Positions 62,101 to 64,000 of a DNA stretch of 64,000 nucleotides are shown piece by piece. Origin of the DNA: Tubulanus polymorphus (Eukaryota; Animalia; Nemertea). Below the pieces are notes generated by a model. It ran no database searches, had not been told where the DNA came from, and saw only the letters and a list, made by a program, of their open reading frames with translations. The DNA lies in assembly GCF_964204645.1 (NCBI RefSeq), contig NC_134028.1, forward strand, positions 7,874,001-7,938,000, in the 5' to 3' direction. Numbering within the stretch: the first letter of the stretch is position 1; each line of letters opens with the position of its first letter. The position numbers and the translations under genes were made by a program.

Positions 62101-64000
62101 TAGTAACTTATTCTATTTTCGAAATACTTCTTTCTATATTTTGTGAAACAGTCAGTAATTTCAATATCTGGAACAATGTAGAACGAATGTGGAGCATCAT
62201 ATAGTTCAACTGAACTTAAAAATCTTCATAAACGCAAATAGGTTTGACATTCTTGATGGGCTTAAATGTGGCAGAGTTTTATCATGTAGTTAGTTACACT
62301 CACCAGATGAATGTAAGCTTGAATGTTGAATTCTGACTTCAGTTTCTCATATATCAGAGTCGCGTTCATGCAAGCAGTCATTTGTATTTTAGTCAGCGGT
62401 TTCTGCGATTTGCCGGCAGGAATGATAAGTATTGAATTCCAGTCGACTGCACAAGGATTCGGATTCGTCATCAATATGCTCAGCTGAGAAAAGTCAGGGT
62501 AAAAACATAGTCATCGAATCGAGCAAACCAGTTTAAATTTTGTCTCGTTAAACTCGGAACTGGGCGAAGTGATTAAGCCAAATACAGAAATGTTGAATAC
62601 TAAAAATCTAAACCGATGCAGCGCTTTACCAACTAAGTCTAGGTATAGTTGCAAGTGGAAGTAGAAATTCTGAACAGAAAAACTTGACTTTCTGTAAGAT
62701 TTCTACTAATTGATATTAATGAGTAAGTATATTTCCTTTTGCAGATTCACCCTACCTTGCCGACATCAACATTCATACTAAATACAGCATCTAACTCGGC
62801 TGGACTCATCAGAATATTTCCTTGTATGAAGCGCTTGATTTCCGTTATATTTCGTACCAACATGTCGAGTGTGACCTTCGTTTGAAATGGAGTCAGTTGT
62901 TTGATCAGCATTTTGACGATTCCTTGATACAACTGACCATATTTATAGATCATTTCGAGCAAAGGTCTAGTTCCTGGGACGTTTTGAAGTCCATACAATG
63001 CGACCCGTATTCCTTCGCTCACCCTGCAACGTTTGAAAAGGGATATTTTGATAACAAGTCCAACTATCCAATGACGGTGGAATACGTACAAAGTACTATA
63101 CATACAAAAGCGGAATGTCTTCTACTCGGACAGGTATCATTTTAAGCGCATTCAACACGTTGTTCGTCCATTTAGCGTCAGTCGTTCCTGTCTGTTTGAA
63201 AAACTCGGACATCGTTGGCAGACGGATAGCTCGCAGTAGTTGACTATACGACGTATACAACCTCTGGACACTTTCAATAGCTCGCGTCCAGTTTAACGGT
63301 TTCATCGATGGCTGGTTCAGTGCTTTAATCTATGATATGAGACAATTTGTTAAGAATCAAGCATCAATGGTATGCAAGCCTCTTATACTTTTTTGCAAAC
63401 TGAGAGATTTTTATACGTCTATCATTCATGAGGTTTTTACTGGTAACAGTAGTCATTGGAACTTTCTAGTTCCATAGTTGTGTAAGTTGAGTTTGATTCA
63501 AGTTTTAAAACTGGCAGTTCGTTTTCAACAGTGAAACACTTGAGTCAAAATTAAACTCCCAGTTAGCTTACTGGATTCTGGTGGTTACAAATACAGCTGG
63601 ACCAAGATAATTGAAGAAGTCCTACAATTCAAATTTTATCTGATAGAATCTATCATTATGAAACCACAACGTTTGGGCTGTTGACTAACAGCTAACATCA
63701 GGTGGAGGAATGACCAAAACACACATAACAAAGTATATCAGCTCGCAGGATGAAAACAGAAACTATGAACAGAAAAAATCTGAATTGTGAGACTTCTTCA
63801 ATTATCTACAGTGTGCACGGATTAGAGAGTTTATTCGACTACTGAGCCAAGATGTGTTTAGTCCAAACAAACCTGTTTAAGAATGACATCAAACTTGATT
63901 AGCTTCCGTAATTCCAAAGACAATGAAGTGAAATTCGTTGTACACAACAATCTTCTGATTTCATTCTCGTTCGCAGACTTCGGCAACATTATTTCGTTGC
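32191..64000 (-). CDS. ABCA: Giant ABCA-subfamily lipid transporter (ABCA1/12/13-like), 5' end outside the window
   Basis: About 60 GT-AG exons. ECD1 exons run from >64000 to 49640. TMD1: 48704-48587, 48475-48285, 47833-47695, [46712-46511 or 45236-45035], 44276-44130 ([12 protein letters not shown]). NBD1: 41792-41603 (GHNGAGKTS), 41157-41026 (GFCPQ), 40338-40255, 39833-39637 ([19 protein letters not shown]), 39211-39048 (STHHLEEAD). R1/TMD2/ECD2: 38697-34845. NBD2: 34433-34185 (GVNGAGKTS), 34024-33890 (YSGGTKRRL), 33616-33522 (DEPT), 33441-33349, 33110-33008, 32831-32694 ([11 protein letters not shown]). The last exon 32442-32191 ends VFDTRL*. Exon borders above ~55 kb are less certain. Confidence 0.95.
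40361..40662. mobile_element. MITE (PIF/Harbinger-like), ~300 bp
   Basis: Terminal inverted repeats agccacgatcacatg(a/g)gca match at 18/19, AT-rich 3-bp flanks, internal ccaaatttggcc subrepeats; a diverged copy lies at 54377-54580. Confidence 0.8.
44544..44590. mobile_element. Mini-palindrome with 7-bp TSD (P-superfamily-like footprint)
   Basis: gtacggt-[cttggagtaatcattt g aaatgattactccaag]-gtacggt; perfect 16+1+16 palindrome. Confidence 0.78.
45035..45236 (-). CDS. ABCA duplicated exon, variant B (TM5-EH-TM6)
   Basis: cgatag|[30 protein letters not shown]...[22 protein letters not shown]|gtaagt; 202 nt, phase 0 to 1. Confidence 0.88.
45572..45688. mobile_element. Short MITE between the two alternative ABCA exons
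   Basis: 22-bp perfect inverted repeats ccagttgctcaaaagttggttg / caaccaacttttgagcaactgg. Confidence 0.8.
46511..46712 (-). CDS. ABCA duplicated exon, variant A (TM5-EH-TM6)
   Basis: ttttacag|[30 protein letters not shown]...[22 protein letters not shown]|gtatcc; 202 nt, phase 0 to 1. Confidence 0.88.
48853..49207. repeat. Near-perfect 176-bp-period tandem duplication carrying copies of ABCA exon sequence
   Basis: 48879-49031 equals 49055-49207; each unit starts with a copy of sequence from 49669-49718. Confidence 0.92.
50358..50510. repeat. Degenerate ~68-bp tandem repeat (2+ units)
   Basis: ttctgatc(c/t)aagag..ggggtg.gggtggca..aaga.tttt..ccg.aa.tttca.agag is repeated. Confidence 0.75.
52150..52503 (+). 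mobile_element. Non-LTR retrotransposon (CR1/L2-like) 3' fragment, antisense to ABCA
   Basis: [35 protein letters not shown] is the C-terminal CCHC-type motif downstream of LINE reverse transcriptases; it is followed by an A-rich tail at 52485-52503. Confidence 0.75.
53801..54006 (-). mobile_element. tRNA-derived SINE
   Basis: Minus strand begins gtgcagttagctcagttggttgag (A box) ... ggtttgaaacc (B-box-like) and ends gggacgtcaaactctactaactaac; flanked by (GAAT)n. Confidence 0.72.
54021..54072. repeat. (GAAT)n microsatellite
   Basis: Interrupted tetranucleotide run. Confidence 0.9.
54377..54580. mobile_element. Second, partial and inverted copy of the 40361 MITE
   Basis: Matches the reverse complement of 40361-40625 (e.g. 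cgtgcctaattagagagcg, gcaaaccattcact, aacagttgttc, tgtgatc). Confidence 0.8.
60773..60938. mobile_element. Tc1/mariner (pogo/Tigger-like) MITE
   Basis: TA|CAGTCAAACCC ... GGATTCTACTG|TA with internal aatc(c/t)gga subrepeats. Confidence 0.7.
61760..61990 (+). mobile_element. SINE-like interspersed repeat fragment
   Basis: GC-richer island in an AT-rich intron, resembling conserved central SINE domains; family not firmly recognised. Confidence 0.35.

Overview
AT-rich, intron-rich invertebrate (probably lophotrochozoan) eukaryotic DNA. The ORF track mostly shows exon fragments, so I assembled the genes by hand from GT-AG junctions. In order: (1) the 3' part of a KAT6/MOZ-MORF MYST histone acetyltransferase (+, 1271-14029, 3'UTR probably to ~17.2 kb); (2) a 7-exon secreted protein with two saposin-B domains (-, 17818-19628); (3) a decayed rhodopsin-class GPCR pseudogene (-, ~20.1-21.3 kb); (4) an 8-exon TspanC8-type tetraspanin (+, 21604-28477); (5) a very large ABCA lipid transporter (-, 32191 to beyond 64000). 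The ABCA gene is the most unusual part. It has two homologous 202-nt exons for the TM5-TM6 region that can only be used mutually exclusively, a first extracellular domain of at least ~1,900 aa built from about 7-8 tandem copies of an ABCA1-like Cys-pair module, an RKKR convertase-type site, candidate micro-exons, and a C-terminal DTRL PDZ ligand. Non-coding DNA contains several 21-38 bp palindromes flanked by 7-bp target duplications that look like P-superfamily excision footprints. It also has TA-NNNN-TA Tc1/mariner-type scars, MITEs, SINE and LINE remnants, and a templated exon-fragment duplication. No searches or alignments could be run; family assignments rest on recognised motifs.
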